DNA of 64,000 nucleotides, taken from an uncultured delta proteobacterium (GTDB taxonomy: Bacteria > Myxococcota > UBA727 > VGSZ01). Where the stretch lies: contig CAVZJB010000016.1 in the NCBI GenBank assembly GCA_963775425.1, forward strand, positions 800,001-864,000, read 5' to 3'. Below the pieces are notes generated by a model. That model made no database searches. It was not told where the DNA came from and saw only the letters and a list, made by a program, of their open reading frames with translations. The position numbers were made by a program, and so were the translations under genes. Shown here in pieces: positions 42,886 through 52,745 of this stretch. The number at the start of each line of letters is the position of its first letter. Positions within the stretch are counted from its first letter, which is position 1.

Positions 42886-44438
42886 TCGGCCTCGTCGTCG
42901 CCGGGGCCCTCGCCGCCGGTGTCGTCGTCGACGCCACAGCCGCGGCCGAGACCCGCGCCACGGAGGCCGGCCCGACGTCCGCCACCGACACCGGCGGCGG
43001 CGGCCTGTTCGGTGCGCTCGTCCTGCGGCCGGGCCTCTCGGGCGCCGTCGAGCGCGGCGGCTTCGCGCTCGCGGCGTCGTACAGCCCGCAGCTCTCGATG
43101 GTCACGACCTCGCTCGCGCCGGCCATCCTCAACGCCGGCGACCTCCGCGCCGAGGTGCCGTTCGGACCGCGCTTTCGCCTGCGCGTCAACGCGGGCGGCT
43201 CCATCGGCGACCTCGACCCCGGCACCGCGCAGGGCGTGCTGTCGTCGAGCGCGGGCCTGCTCGCGCCGGTGGCCGCCCTCTCGTTCGCGAGCGCCAACGC
43301 GGGCGTGGGCGCGGCCGCGCGGCTGACCCGCACGGTCAGCCTCGACGTCGACGCCCGCGGCGCCGTCACGGGCTCCCCCGACGGCAGCGCGCTCATCGCG
43401 CCGTCCACATCGGGCGGCCTCGACGCGACGCTCGCGTGGCAAGCGTGGCGCACCGACGCGTTCACGGTCGGCGGCGAGGCCCGCTCGCTCGCGGTCGACG
43501 GGCGCGGCAGCGTCGTCGGCGGCGCACCCACCGTCGGCTGGCGCCACCAGCTCGGTCCGTCCTCCGGCGTCGACGCGCGCGCCGGCCTCGGCGCCGTCGC
43601 GCTCACCACCGGCGGCGCCGACGACGGCGTCTACGCCCTGCCCGCCTTCGCGGTGGCCGCGCACGCGCTCCTCGACGTCGCCGGCTCCCCCAAGCTCGAG
43701 GTGAACGGCGGGGCGGGGCTCGATCTCTCCAACGATCCGCTCGGCGCGCTCCTCGACGACCGGCTGAGCGCCAGCCTCGGGCTCGGCTTCCGGGCGACGC
43801 GCGAGATCTCGTTTCACGTCGACAGCGCGGGCTTCTGGTCCGTCTTCTCCGTGAACCCGCCGCGCAAGGTGAACGGCGTCGACATCGAAAACCCCGTCTC
43901 CACCGCGCTCGTCGCCAACCGCGGGAGCATCTCGTGGGAATTCACCGACGGCGCGTCCCTCGAGCTGTCGGCGCTCAGCACCACGCGTCTCGTCGGCAGC
44001 TTCCTCGCCACCGACGCCACCGTCGGCCTGAGCGTCAACGGCACCATCCCCGTCTTTCACGCAGGCGACCGCCCGGAGGGCTCCGATCCTCGAGCCGGCC
44101 GCGACATCGGCGTCGAGCGCGTGGCCGCGCCGCCGCCGCCGGGCTCGACCACCATCGAGGCGCCGCCCCCGTTGCCCGAGGTGCCCGAGGAGCCCCCGGT
44201 TCCCCCGGCGCTCGCGGCGCCGCCGCCGAACATCCCCATCCTCGAGGCGCCGCTCAACCTGCCGAGCCTCCACGAAGGAAACGACAAGCTGCGCGACGCG
44301 AGCAAGGCCGCGGACGACAAGCGCGACAAGAAGAAGCGCGACAAGAAGAAGCACGCGGGCGACAAGGCGCTGGGCCTCGACGACACCGCCCCCGCCCCCG
44401 TCGCGCCCAAGGACCCGCAGCCGGCCGCGACCCCCTGA
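42882..44438 (+). CDS. Hypothetical secreted protein, probable outer-membrane beta-barrel with Pro/Lys-rich tail
   Basis: GTG overlaps the tatC stop; signal-like N-terminus; alternating hydrophobic, Gly-rich strands. Confidence 0.6.
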   Translation: MIGLVVAGALAAGVVVDATAAAETRATEAGPTSATDTGGGGLFGALVLRPGLSGAVERGGFALAASYSPQLSMVTTSLAPAILNAGDLRAEVPFGPRFRLRVNAGGSIGDLDPGTAQGVLSSSAGLLAPVAALSFASANAGVGAAARLTRTVSLDVDARGAVTGSPDGSALIAPSTSGGLDATLAWQAWRTDAFTVGGEARSLAVDGRGSVVGGAPTVGWRHQLGPSSGVDARAGLGAVALTTGGADDGVYALPAFAVAAHALLDVAGSPKLEVNGGAGLDLSNDPLGALLDDRLSASLGLGFRATREISFHVDSAGFWSVFSVNPPRKVNGVDIENPVSTALVANRGSISWEFTDGASLELSALSTTRLVGSFLATDATVGLSVNGTIPVFHAGDRPEGSDPRAGRDIGVERVAAPPPPGSTTIEAPPPLPEVPEEPPVPPALAAPPPNIPILEAPLNLPSLHEGNDKLRDASKAADDKRDKKKRDKKKHAGDKALGLDDTAPAPVAPKDPQPAATP

Positions 44439-44535
44439 GTACGCCGACCGAGAGACCGCACGAGCATCGGGCGGCGGGCCGACGCGAGGCGACGGAGCGT
44501 CGACGATGCTGTGCGCGGGTGGACAGGAGGTGGGC

Positions 44536-45048
44536 ATGAATTTCGTTCCGCGGAGCCCGCGCCGCAGCACGCGCTTGCGTGCCGTCGTCGACATCGGGGC
44601 GCGCCGGGCCGTCGGGCGCGTGCGCGACGTGTCCACGTCGGGCGCGTTCGTCGAGGCCGACGCCGCGCTCGCCGTCGGCGACAAGGTCGCCGTCCTCTCC
44701 CTCGCCGGCGACGGCGCCGACGAGCGGCGCCCCGCCGAGGTCGCGCGGGTCGACCGCGGCGGCGTCGGCCTGCGCTATCTCGACGAGCCCGTCGCGGGCG
44801 ACGCGCCGGTGTTCATCCTCACCGACGACGACGACGACGGCGACGACGACGTCGGGCGCACGGCCGGCGGCCCGCGCGCGCTGCGCGAGCGCAACGCGGC
44901 CCTGCTCGAGGAAAACGGCGCGCTCAAGCGGCAGGTGATGGCGCTGCAGGCGCGGCTGTCGATGCGCTGGACCACCGAGGAGGCGCTGGTGAAACGCATC
45001 GCCACCCTCGAGGAGCTGCTGCGCCGCGGGATGATGGAAGGCTGGTAG
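44536..45048 (+). CDS. PilZ-domain protein with C-terminal coiled-coil
   Basis: RSPR (RxxxR-like) and DVSTSG (DxSxxG) motifs; AGGAGG RBS. Confidence 0.8.
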   Translation: MNFVPRSPRRSTRLRAVVDIGARRAVGRVRDVSTSGAFVEADAALAVGDKVAVLSLAGDGADERRPAEVARVDRGGVGLRYLDEPVAGDAPVFILTDDDDDGDDDVGRTAGGPRALRERNAALLEENGALKRQVMALQARLSMRWTTEEALVKRIATLEELLRRGMMEGW

Positions 45049-45061
45049 ACAGCGCACTCCG

Positions 45062-45077
45062 CGGCACGGCCAGTGCA
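45062..45077 (+). promoter_or_regulatory. Possible sigma-54 promoter for the SPW gene
   Basis: CGGCACG-GCCA-GTGCA (GG-N10-GC) about 30 nt upstream of the ATG, with GGAGG RBS in between. Confidence 0.4.
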
Positions 45078-45108
45078 CTCACTCTGTCGTCAAAAGACGG
45101 AGGATAAG

Positions 45109-45450
45109 ATGGACTACATCATCGCTTTGGCCGGGCTCGCGCTCGTCGGCTCGCCCTGGCTGTTCCGCTTCAGCACCAACAACGCCGCAATGTCCTCGAG
45201 CGTGATCCTGGGCGTGATCGTGCTCGTCATTGCGGGCTATCGCGCGCTCGCCAAGGACAAGGGGAGCTGGGAGGAGTGGACGGTCGGTGTCGCCGGCGTC
45301 CTCGCCATCATCGCCCCGTTCGTCTTCGGCGTGTCCCAGGCCGCCATCTGGTCCATGGTGATCCTCGGCGTCATCGTCGCCGCGCTCGCCGCGTACCAGC
45401 TCTTCGCCGCGGCCCAGCAACCGCCACGCGTGTCGCCGCAGGCGCACTGA
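45109..45450 (+). CDS. SPW-repeat membrane protein
   Basis: Two repeats, GSPWLFRF and IAPFVFG, with WEEW linker; GGAGG RBS. Confidence 0.85.
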   Translation: MDYIIALAGLALVGSPWLFRFSTNNAAMSSSVILGVIVLVIAGYRALAKDKGSWEEWTVGVAGVLAIIAPFVFGVSQAAIWSMVILGVIVAALAAYQLFAAAQQPPRVSPQAH

Positions 45451-45460
45451 GCTCTGCGCG

Positions 45461-46924
45461 TCAGGCGAGGCGGCCCTGAAGGGAGAGCGCCGACGCGCGC
45501 GTGACGGTGACCTGCGCGAGCGTGCCGACGAGGGCGGGGTCGCCGTCGAAGGCGACGATGTGATCGCCCCGGGTCCTCGACGTGAGCCGCACCGCCGCGC
45601 CGGCGGCCTTGCGGCGGCCGAGGCTATAGAGCACGGCGCCGTCGCCGTCGCGCGCGTTCGCCGGGTCGAGCTTGGCGTTGCCCTCGACGTAGACCTCGAC
45701 GGTCTTTCCCAGCAGCGCCTCGTGGTGCTCGAGCGCGATCTCCTGCTGCAGCTTGAGCATGCGCTGGTTGCGCTCGCGCTTGACGGCGTCGGCGACGTCG
45801 TCGGCGTCGCGGCGGTCGGCGACGGTGCCCGGCCGCGGGGAGTACTTGAAGACGTAGACGGTCTTGTAGCGGACCTCGCGCAGCAGGGAGAGCGACCTCT
45901 CGAAGTCCTCGTCGGTCTCGCTTGGGTAGCCGACGATCATGTCGCCGACCACCGCCACGTCCGGCATGCGCGCGCGGGCGCGCTCGATGAGGTCGAGGTA
46001 CTGCGCCCGCGTGTAGCCCCGGTTCATGAGCTTGAGCATGCGGTCGCTGCCGGACTGGGCCGGGATGTGCAGGAAGGCGCAGATGCGCTCGCGCGTCGCC
46101 ATGACGTCGAGCGCCTCGTCGGTGAAGTCCCGCGGGTAGCTCGTGAGGAAGCGCAGCCGCTTGAGCGCCGGCACCTCGTCGTGCACGCGGGCGAGCAGCC
46201 GGGCGAAGGACGTGTCGCCGTGCACGTAGTGGTTGATGGTCTGGCCGAGGAGCGTCACCTCGACGGCGCCGGCGTCGACGAGCTTGTTGACCTCGTCGAC
46301 GATGGCGTCGGGCGGGCGGTGCACCTCGGGCCCGCGGGTCATCGGGACGACGCAGAAGGAGCAGAACTTGTTGCAGCCGCGGGTGATGCGCACGTACGCC
46401 TGCGTGGACGCCGCGTCCGGGTCCACCAGGCGGCCCTGGTCGAGCGCCTCCAGCCGGTCCATGGCGGCCTCGAGCGTGCTGCTGCGCCGCACGGCGTGGC
46501 CCGAGAGCGCGACGTGGCGGCCGCCCGCCTGCAGGAGCGCGGGCAGCTTGTCGAGCTCGCTCGGGCCGACGACGAGGTCGAGGTGCTTCATCCGGGCCGC
46601 CAGCTCCGCCCCGGTGCGCTCGGCCATGCACCCGAGCATGCCGACGACGAGGTCCGGCCGCTCCGCCTTGCGCTGACGCATGACGCCGAGCCGGGAGAGC
46701 ACCTTCTGCTCGCTCTGCTCGCGCACGGCGCACGTGTTGTAGAGGACGACGTCGGCGTCGTCGACGCGCGGGGTGAACGCGTAGCCGCTCGCCGCGAGCT
46801 GGTCGCGCACGAGCTCGCTGTCGAGCACGTTCATCTGGCAACCGAAGGTCTCGATGAAGACCTTCTTGGGAGGGGCCGTCAAAAACCCCTCCCCCGCGTC
46901 GGGATTTCTGTCTTCGGTCGTCAC
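45461..46924 (-). CDS. miaB: tRNA-i6A37 methylthiotransferase MiaB
   Basis: TFGCQMN, NTCAVRE, GCMAER, GCNKFCSFCVVP, QSGSD, YSPRPGT, TRAM domain. Start uncertain (46924 or 46960). Confidence 0.93.
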   Translation of the reverse strand: MTTEDRNPDAGEGFLTAPPKKVFIETFGCQMNVLDSELVRDQLAASGYAFTPRVDDADVVLYNTCAVREQSEQKVLSRLGVMRQRKAERPDLVVGMLGCMAERTGAELAARMKHLDLVVGPSELDKLPALLQAGGRHVALSGHAVRRSSTLEAAMDRLEALDQGRLVDPDAASTQAYVRITRGCNKFCSFCVVPMTRGPEVHRPPDAIVDEVNKLVDAGAVEVTLLGQTINHYVHGDTSFARLLARVHDEVPALKRLRFLTSYPRDFTDEALDVMATRERICAFLHIPAQSGSDRMLKLMNRGYTRAQYLDLIERARARMPDVAVVGDMIVGYPSETDEDFERSLSLLREVRYKTVYVFKYSPRPGTVADRRDADDVADAVKRERNQRMLKLQQEIALEHHEALLGKTVEVYVEGNAKLDPANARDGDGAVLYSLGRRKAAGAAVRLTSRTRGDHIVAFDGDPALVGTLAQVTVTRASALSLQGRLA

Positions 46925-46949
46925 GATGCCGGAGCGTAGCGCCAAGGCG

Positions 46950-47423
46950 TCAGGGCGCAATCGCTCCCGACGCGTCGCCGAGCGGGTCGCCGCCGAGCAC
47001 GGCGGCGACGGAGAGTCCCGCGAACAGCGCGAACAGGACCGCCACGGTGGTGAGGACCGTGACGCCGAGGGCGCGCCGCCAGCTCCGCTTGCCCGCGGAC
47101 GCGACGAGCTCGGCGGGGAAGGCGAAGCGGGCGGGCTGCCTGAGCGAGATGGCGAGGATGACGGGGATGAACCCGATGGGGCGCGTGACGAGCGCGCCCA
47201 CGACGCACAACAGCCCCGTGGCGAGGCCGCCGATGAGGACGGCGAGCCAAGCGCGCTGCTTGCCGAGCGCCACCATGTTCGCGCGCCACATCACGCCCGC
47301 GGCCATCGGCGTGCCGAGCAGCGCGCCGACCACGATGTGGCTCGGCGTGTACAGCGGCGACAGCGGCGCCGGCGGCGGCGGCAGCTCGGTGTCGGGGCGC
47401 GGGATGGCGGCGGGCTCGGTCAT
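46950..47423 (-). CDS. Hypothetical membrane protein
   Basis: ATG overlaps the tig stop (ATGA); LYTP...LLGTPMAAG..NMVALG; several TM segments. Confidence 0.75.
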   Translation of the reverse strand: MTEPAAIPRPDTELPPPPAPLSPLYTPSHIVVGALLGTPMAAGVMWRANMVALGKQRAWLAVLIGGLATGLLCVVGALVTRPIGFIPVILAISLRQPARFAFPAELVASAGKRSWRRALGVTVLTTVAVLFALFAGLSVAAVLGGDPLGDASGAIAP

Positions 47424-48739
47424 CCGCTCACCGACTTGTTCACGACCTCGACCTTGGCCTCCTCGATCACGCGATCGAGCATGCGGTTGGTGGCGAGCTG
47501 GAACTTGAGTTCCTCGAGGCGGCGGCCCTTCGTGTACACCTTGCGCACGGTCTTGACGTCGCTGCCGACCTCGGCCGCGAGCTTCTCGATGTGGGCGTCG
47601 ACGTCGGCGTCGGTGATCTCGACGCTCTCCTTCTTGACCAGCTCCTCGAGGATGAGGCTCACGCGCACCTGCTTCACGGCCATGGGGCGGGCGTCTTCCT
47701 TCAAGCGCACGTGCTGCGCCTGCCAGATGGCCTCCGCCTGCTGCTGCGGCAGCCGCGACAGGCGATCGGCGGCGATCTGCTCTGCCTGGCGGTCCACGAG
47801 GGACTGCGGCAGGTCGAACGGGTTCTTCTCGATGAGAGCCTCGATGGCGGCCTCGCGCGTCTCGCTCTGCGCGCGCTGCTCGGCGACGGACTTGAGGTTC
47901 TTTTCGATGGACTCCTTGAGCTGCGTGAGCGTCTCGAACTCGTCGCTCACGTCCTTGGCGAGCTCGTCGTCGAGGGCAGGCAGGAGCTTCTGCTTGAGGC
48001 CGAGCACCTTGATGCTGAGCACCGCGGTCTTTCCGCGCGCGGACTCGATGCGGAACTCGTCGGGCACCTTGACGTCGACGGTGAACTGCTCGCCCACCTT
48101 CTTGCCCACGAGCGCCTGCTCGGCCTCCTTGAAGGCGAAGCTGCCGCCGCCGACCTCGATGACGTAGTTGATGCCGGAGAGGCCCTTGACGGGCTCGCCC
48201 TCGACGGTGCCCGACCAATTGGTCTCGACGAGGTCGCCCTGCTGCGCGGCGTCGCGCTCCTCGATCGGGCTCACCTTGGCGGCGCGCTCGCGCAGGCCCT
48301 CGAGCTCCTTGTCGACGTCGGCGGCGCCGACCTCGAACACGGACTTCTTGATCTCGAGGCCCTTCCACTGCTGCAGCTCGATGACCGGCTTGACCTCGAC
48401 CTTGGCCGAGTAGCGGAAGTCCATGCCGGGGATGAGCTCGCCGGCGGTCTGGATCTCGGGGTTGGCGACGGGCTCGATGGAGTGGCTCTTCACCGCCTCG
48501 CGGAAGCTCTGCCCGAGGATCTTTTCGAGGACGCGCTGCTCGGTGTCCTGCTTGTAGTACTGCTCGAGGACGTAGCGCGGGACCTTGCCCTGGCGGAACC
48601 CCTTGAGCCGCACCTTCTGGCCGAGCTCGCGGTAGGCGCGATCGAGCTCCTTGGCGACCTCGGTGCCGGGGATGACGACGGAGAGCTCGCGCTCGACGGA
48701 GGAGAGCTCCTTGACTTCGCTCTGGATGGAAATTGCCAT
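47420..48739 (-). CDS. tig: Trigger factor
   Basis: GFRQGKVP ribosome-binding motif, FKBP domain, LPALDDELAK. Confidence 0.95.
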   Translation of the reverse strand: MAISIQSEVKELSSVERELSVVIPGTEVAKELDRAYRELGQKVRLKGFRQGKVPRYVLEQYYKQDTEQRVLEKILGQSFREAVKSHSIEPVANPEIQTAGELIPGMDFRYSAKVEVKPVIELQQWKGLEIKKSVFEVGAADVDKELEGLRERAAKVSPIEERDAAQQGDLVETNWSGTVEGEPVKGLSGINYVIEVGGGSFAFKEAEQALVGKKVGEQFTVDVKVPDEFRIESARGKTAVLSIKVLGLKQKLLPALDDELAKDVSDEFETLTQLKESIEKNLKSVAEQRAQSETREAAIEALIEKNPFDLPQSLVDRQAEQIAADRLSRLPQQQAEAIWQAQHVRLKEDARPMAVKQVRVSLILEELVKKESVEITDADVDAHIEKLAAEVGSDVKTVRKVYTKGRRLEELKFQLATNRMLDRVIEEAKVEVVNKSVSG

Positions 48740-48758
48740 ATGGGGAGGGGAGCTAGCG

Positions 48759-48840
48759 TGCGAGCGGGGGGAATTGAACCCCCACGAGTTGCCCCACTGG
48801 AACCTAAGTCCAGCGCGTCTACCAGTTCCGCCACGCTCGC
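48759..48840 (-). tRNA. tRNA-Leu (anticodon TAG), CCA not encoded
   Basis: Minus strand GCGAGCGTGGCGGAACTGGTAGACGCGCTGGACTTAGGTTCCAGTGGGGCAACTCGTGGGGGTTCAATTCCCCCCGCTCGCA: acceptor stem, D-loop, CTGGA/TCCAG anticodon stem, variable arm and T-loop. Confidence 0.96.
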
Positions 48841-49117
48841 CTGCCCCGACCCTACCCACCCGCGGGCGGCCTGCGTAGGGGGCGGCGCGAAAGCGGGCTC
48901 TGTAAAGCGTGCGTAAACATCGAGCGCTCCGGTCAAACGTGGGTAAAACGGGCTTTGTCGTCGCTGAGCGGAGAACCGATCGCGATTAGAGTCGTTCCCG
49001 CATGGACACCGTTGCGCCGGTGCGCGAGTTGACACGAGAAACGATCTGATGGGAGCGTCGCGCCGGCGTGAATTGCCAACAGCACGGTTCCATGGAGCCG
49101 TTGCAGAAGGAGCGAAG

Positions 49118-49510
49118 ATGAAGATCACCAGCATGGTTCTCGCGACGTCCCTCGCTCTCGTCCCCGCGACGGCTGCGTTCGCGGACGACGCGAAGAAGGC
49201 CGCCATGAAGAAGGCCAAGGAAGCCGCCAAGGAGAAGGCGATCGAGAAGGCCAAGGAGAAGTCCAAGGCCAAGCTCGACAAGGCCAAGACCGTGGCCGCC
49301 GCCAAGGAGAAGAAGGCCGACGCTGCCAAAGCCGACGAGGCCGCCAAGGCCGACGCGCTCAAGTCCGAGAACGAGCAGCACGCCAAGACCATGGGCGAGA
49401 TCGAGCGACTGCAGCAGATCGCCGATGCCACCAACAACGCCGAGCTCAAGACGGCGGTGCAGCGCCTGAGCGACAAAGAGTCCAAGCGCCACCAGATGGC
49501 CACCGAGTGA
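49118..49510 (+). CDS. Secreted Lys/Ala-rich helical protein
   Basis: AAGGAG RBS; signal peptide ending AFA; K/A/E-rich body. Confidence 0.75.
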   Translation: MKITSMVLATSLALVPATAAFADDAKKAAMKKAKEAAKEKAIEKAKEKSKAKLDKAKTVAAAKEKKADAAKADEAAKADALKSENEQHAKTMGEIERLQQIADATNNAELKTAVQRLSDKESKRHQMATE

Positions 49511-49536
49511 GCTCACCAGCAGAAAAGAGGTTCGCC

Positions 49537-49839
49537 ATGAAGAACATCGTTGCCCGTGTTTTGCTCGCCGCCCTCGTCGCGGTTCCCGTCGCGGTCATCT
49601 CGGGCTGCCCCGAGGACACCAAGAAGGAGGAGCCGCCTCCTCCGCCGCCGCCGCCGCCGCCGCCGCCGGCCGCAGCGCCGGCCATCCCGGACTACAACCC
49701 CGTGGGTGACGACGCCGACCTGAAGAAGCAGGGCGCCGCCGGCATCGACGACAAGAACGCCGCGCAGAAGGCCGCTGAGCTCGAGGGTGCCCTCGACGCC
49801 CAGATCAAGGACCTCGAGGCCAAGAAGGCCACCAAGTAG
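49537..49839 (+). CDS. Small poly-Pro lipoprotein
   Basis: GAGG RBS; lipobox ISGC; poly-Pro linker. Confidence 0.8.
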   Translation: MKNIVARVLLAALVAVPVAVISGCPEDTKKEEPPPPPPPPPPPPAAAPAIPDYNPVGDDADLKKQGAAGIDDKNAAQKAAELEGALDAQIKDLEAKKATK

Positions 49840-49951
49840 GGCGGGGGCTCGTCCCCCGCCTCGTAGGGCGGGGGCTCGTCCCCCGCTTCGGTGGGCGGGG
49901 GCTCGTCCCCCGCCTCGTAGGGCGGGGGCTCGTCCCCCGCTTCGGTGGGCG
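49836..49951. repeat. Tandem array of four GTAG-type REP palindromes
   Basis: GT(A)GGGCGGGGGCTCGTCCCCCGC units at 49836, 49863, 49891 and 49917 (54-bp dimer period); stem GCGGGGG/CCCCCGC; no unique spacers. Confidence 0.9.
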
Positions 49952-49975
49952 CCTCCAGGGCGGCCGCCGGAACAG

Positions 49976-50005
49976 AGCGCCCCCGCCTTCGGGGGCGCTT
50001 TTTTT
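49976..50005 (+). terminator. Rho-independent terminator
   Basis: AGCGCCCCC-GCCTTC-GGGGGCGCT followed by a T run. Confidence 0.88.
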
Positions 50006-50020
50006 GTTAGAAGCGAGCCC

Positions 50021-52240
50021 ATGGCCGAACCCACCCGCGCCCTCCTCGAACGCTTCTCGGATTCGCTCTCCAGCGAGCACCGCGCCCGGCGGAGCATCTT
50101 GTCGTTCGAGGAGTACCTCGACGACGTCTACGAGCACCCCCGCCGCCACCTGAGGAACGCCGCCCAGTACCTGATGGACGTCGTGGACCACTTCGGCAGT
50201 GAAGAGGTCACGCTGCCCACGGGCAAGTTCGTCCGCCACAAGCTCTTCGACGCCGCCTTCGACGACGGCCGCGGGCGCGTCGCCGGCCAGGAGCGCGTGC
50301 AGCAGCAGATCGTGCGCGTCCTCGAGAACTTCGTGCGCTCCGGCCGCATCGATCGCCTGGTGCTCCTCCACGGGCCGAACGGCTCCGCCAAGACCAGCAT
50401 CATCCAGGCGTTCACCCGCGCCTCCGAGGTCTATTCGAGCACCGAGGAGGGCACGCTGTACCGCTTCAACTGGGTGTTCCCGACGGGCCAGGTCTCCAAG
50501 GGCACGCTCGGCTTCGGCGGCGGCGCCTCCCGCACGTCGGGCAGCTACGCGCACCTCGCGGCGGAGAACGTCGAGGCCCGCCTGCCCTGCGAGTTCAAGG
50601 ACCACCCGCTCTTGCTCCTGCCGCGCGAGGACCGCGCCCAGCTCTTCGCCGAGCTCCTGAAGGCCGACCGGGTCCCCCGCGACTGGGCCATCCCCGAGAT
50701 CCTCAAGGTGGGCGACCTCAGCGTCAAGAACCGCAAGATCTTCGACGCGCTGATGACGCACACGCAGGGCGACGTGCGCGAGGTGTTGCGCCACGTGCAG
50801 GTCGAGCGCTTCTACCTCTCGCGGCGCTACCGCACCGGCGTCGTCGCCGTGGAGCCGCAGATGAGCGTGGACGCGTACTCGCGCCAGGTCACCGCGGACC
50901 GCTCCTTGGCGATGCTGCCGGTGGCGCTGCAGCACCTCTCGCTGTTCGAGACGGCCGGCGCGCTCAACGACGCCAACCGCGGCGTCCTCGAGTTCAACGA
51001 CCTGCTCAAGCGGCCGCTCGACGCGTGGAAGTACCTCCTCGTCGCCACGGAGCAGGCGCAGGCCAGCCTCGACCACGTGAGCGTGTTCCTCGACGTGGTG
51101 ATGGTGGCGTCGTCCAACGAGCTGCACCTCGACGCCTTCAAGCAACACCCGGACTGGCCGAGCTTCAAGGGCCGCATGGAGCTCGTGACCGCCCCGTACC
51201 TCTTGCGCGTCGCCGACGAGATCAAGATCTACGAGGACCAGGTGCCGCGCGCGCTCACCGGCGTGCACATCGCGCCCCACGCCCTCGAGGTCGCCGCCCG
51301 TTGGGCCGTGCTCACGCGGCTCGAGCCGCCTGACCCCGACGCCTACCCCGAAGACGTCAAGCGCCTCGTGGGCGAGCTGTCGCCCATCGAGAAGATGCGC
51401 CTGTACGACAACGGCAGCGTGCCCGAGCGCCTCACCCAGAAGGAGCGCAAGGAGCTGCGCCAGGCGGCCTTCCTGCTGTACGACGAGCACGCCGCGCGCG
51501 ACGAGTACGAGGGCCGCTACGGTGCCAGCGCGCGCGAGGTGCGCACGGCGCTGTTGAACGCCGCGCAGGATCCGCACTTCGACCACCTGTCGCCCATCGC
51601 GGTCTTCGAGGAGCTGCGGACCCTGGTGCGGGCCAAGTCGACCTACGACTGGCTGCGCCGCGAGCCCACCCGCGGCTACCGCGACGCCTCGGACTTCGTG
51701 TCCATCGTCGAGGAGATGTACGTGAGGGACCTCGACGAGGAGATCCGCACCGCCATGGGCCTCGTGAAGGCCGGCAGCCACGTGGACATGTTCGGCCGCT
51801 ACATCCGCCACGTCTCGGCGTGGACCAAGCGCGAGAAGCTCCCGGACCCGGTCACCGGCAAGCTGGTGGAGCCGGACGCCGACTTGATGAAGCGCGTCGA
51901 GGACGTGCTCCTGCCGCCGCAGGAGTCACCCGAGGACTTCCGCCGCTCGCTCATCGGTCAGATTGGCGCGTACAAGCTCGAGCACCCCGACGACAACGTC
52001 GACTACGAGCTCTTGTTCGGCATGTACATGAAGCGCCTCAACGAGGACTTCTACAACCAGCGCAGAAAGGCCGTGCTCCGCCTCGAGCAATCCTTCTTCA
52101 AGGTGCTCGACGGCGACGACAAGGACATCGACGCCAAGGAGCGCGAGCAGGTGGAGACGTTCAGGAAGAGCCTCCACGCGCTCGGCTACAACGACGGCTC
52201 AGCGCGCAGCGCCATCGCGTTCCTCATGAGGCGCCGCTGA
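50021..52240 (+). CDS. prkA: PrkA/YeaG family AAA+ serine protein kinase
   Basis: LSFEEYL, LLHGPNGSAKTS (Walker A), EFKDHPL, GALNDANRGVLEFNDLLK, GRYGASARE. Confidence 0.88.
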   Translation: MAEPTRALLERFSDSLSSEHRARRSILSFEEYLDDVYEHPRRHLRNAAQYLMDVVDHFGSEEVTLPTGKFVRHKLFDAAFDDGRGRVAGQERVQQQIVRVLENFVRSGRIDRLVLLHGPNGSAKTSIIQAFTRASEVYSSTEEGTLYRFNWVFPTGQVSKGTLGFGGGASRTSGSYAHLAAENVEARLPCEFKDHPLLLLPREDRAQLFAELLKADRVPRDWAIPEILKVGDLSVKNRKIFDALMTHTQGDVREVLRHVQVERFYLSRRYRTGVVAVEPQMSVDAYSRQVTADRSLAMLPVALQHLSLFETAGALNDANRGVLEFNDLLKRPLDAWKYLLVATEQAQASLDHVSVFLDVVMVASSNELHLDAFKQHPDWPSFKGRMELVTAPYLLRVADEIKIYEDQVPRALTGVHIAPHALEVAARWAVLTRLEPPDPDAYPEDVKRLVGELSPIEKMRLYDNGSVPERLTQKERKELRQAAFLLYDEHAARDEYEGRYGASAREVRTALLNAAQDPHFDHLSPIAVFEELRTLVRAKSTYDWLRREPTRGYRDASDFVSIVEEMYVRDLDEEIRTAMGLVKAGSHVDMFGRYIRHVSAWTKREKLPDPVTGKLVEPDADLMKRVEDVLLPPQESPEDFRRSLIGQIGAYKLEHPDDNVDYELLFGMYMKRLNEDFYNQRRKAVLRLEQSFFKVLDGDDKDIDAKEREQVETFRKSLHALGYNDGSARSAIAFLMRRR

Positions 52241-52306
52241 CGCCTTAGCTCCGGAGGCGCCGGATCGCGCGACGCGTGGGCGCTCCCGCACGTCGTGGGA
52301 TCCACC

Positions 52307-52555
52307 TCAGGCGTGGCTCTCGTGCAGGCCTCGGCTCGCCGCTTTCGTCCCGGGAAGGAAGAACAGCGCTCCCACGCCGCAGACGCCGACGATCGCATAG
52401 ATCACGCGGCTGAGCGTGCTCGTCTCTTCGCGGGCGCCGCCGCCGAAGATCGCGTCGACCAGGTTGAAGTTGAAGAACCCGATCAGGCCCCAGTTGATCG
52501 CGCCGATGAGCGCGACGGCGACGACGATGATCCCGATGACGTTGGTGCTTTTCAT
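52307..52555 (-). CDS. DUF378 family membrane protein
   Basis: IGAINWGLIGFFNFNLVDAIFG...SRVIYAIVGVCG; GGAG RBS. Confidence 0.92.
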   Translation of the reverse strand: MKSTNVIGIIVVAVALIGAINWGLIGFFNFNLVDAIFGGGAREETSTLSRVIYAIVGVCGVGALFFLPGTKAASRGLHESHA

Positions 52556-52745
52556 GACGAATCTCCTCCGATTCTCTGAGGCGATCTCCTGCACGTTCCA
52601 TGCGAGAGCCCGGCTGCGCACGCGCATGTGCGAAGCCGCCGTGTCATCGACGTGCGGCTCACGGCTGAACGAAGCGACGGCGAGACACGAGTCACCGAGC
52701 GCCCGCTCTGGCGAACGTGCCTGCTACGCTCGGCTTGGGGGACCG

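Noticed and set aside
49836-49951. CRISPR array
   Set aside because: The repeats abut with no unique spacers and there are no cas genes; this fits REP elements.
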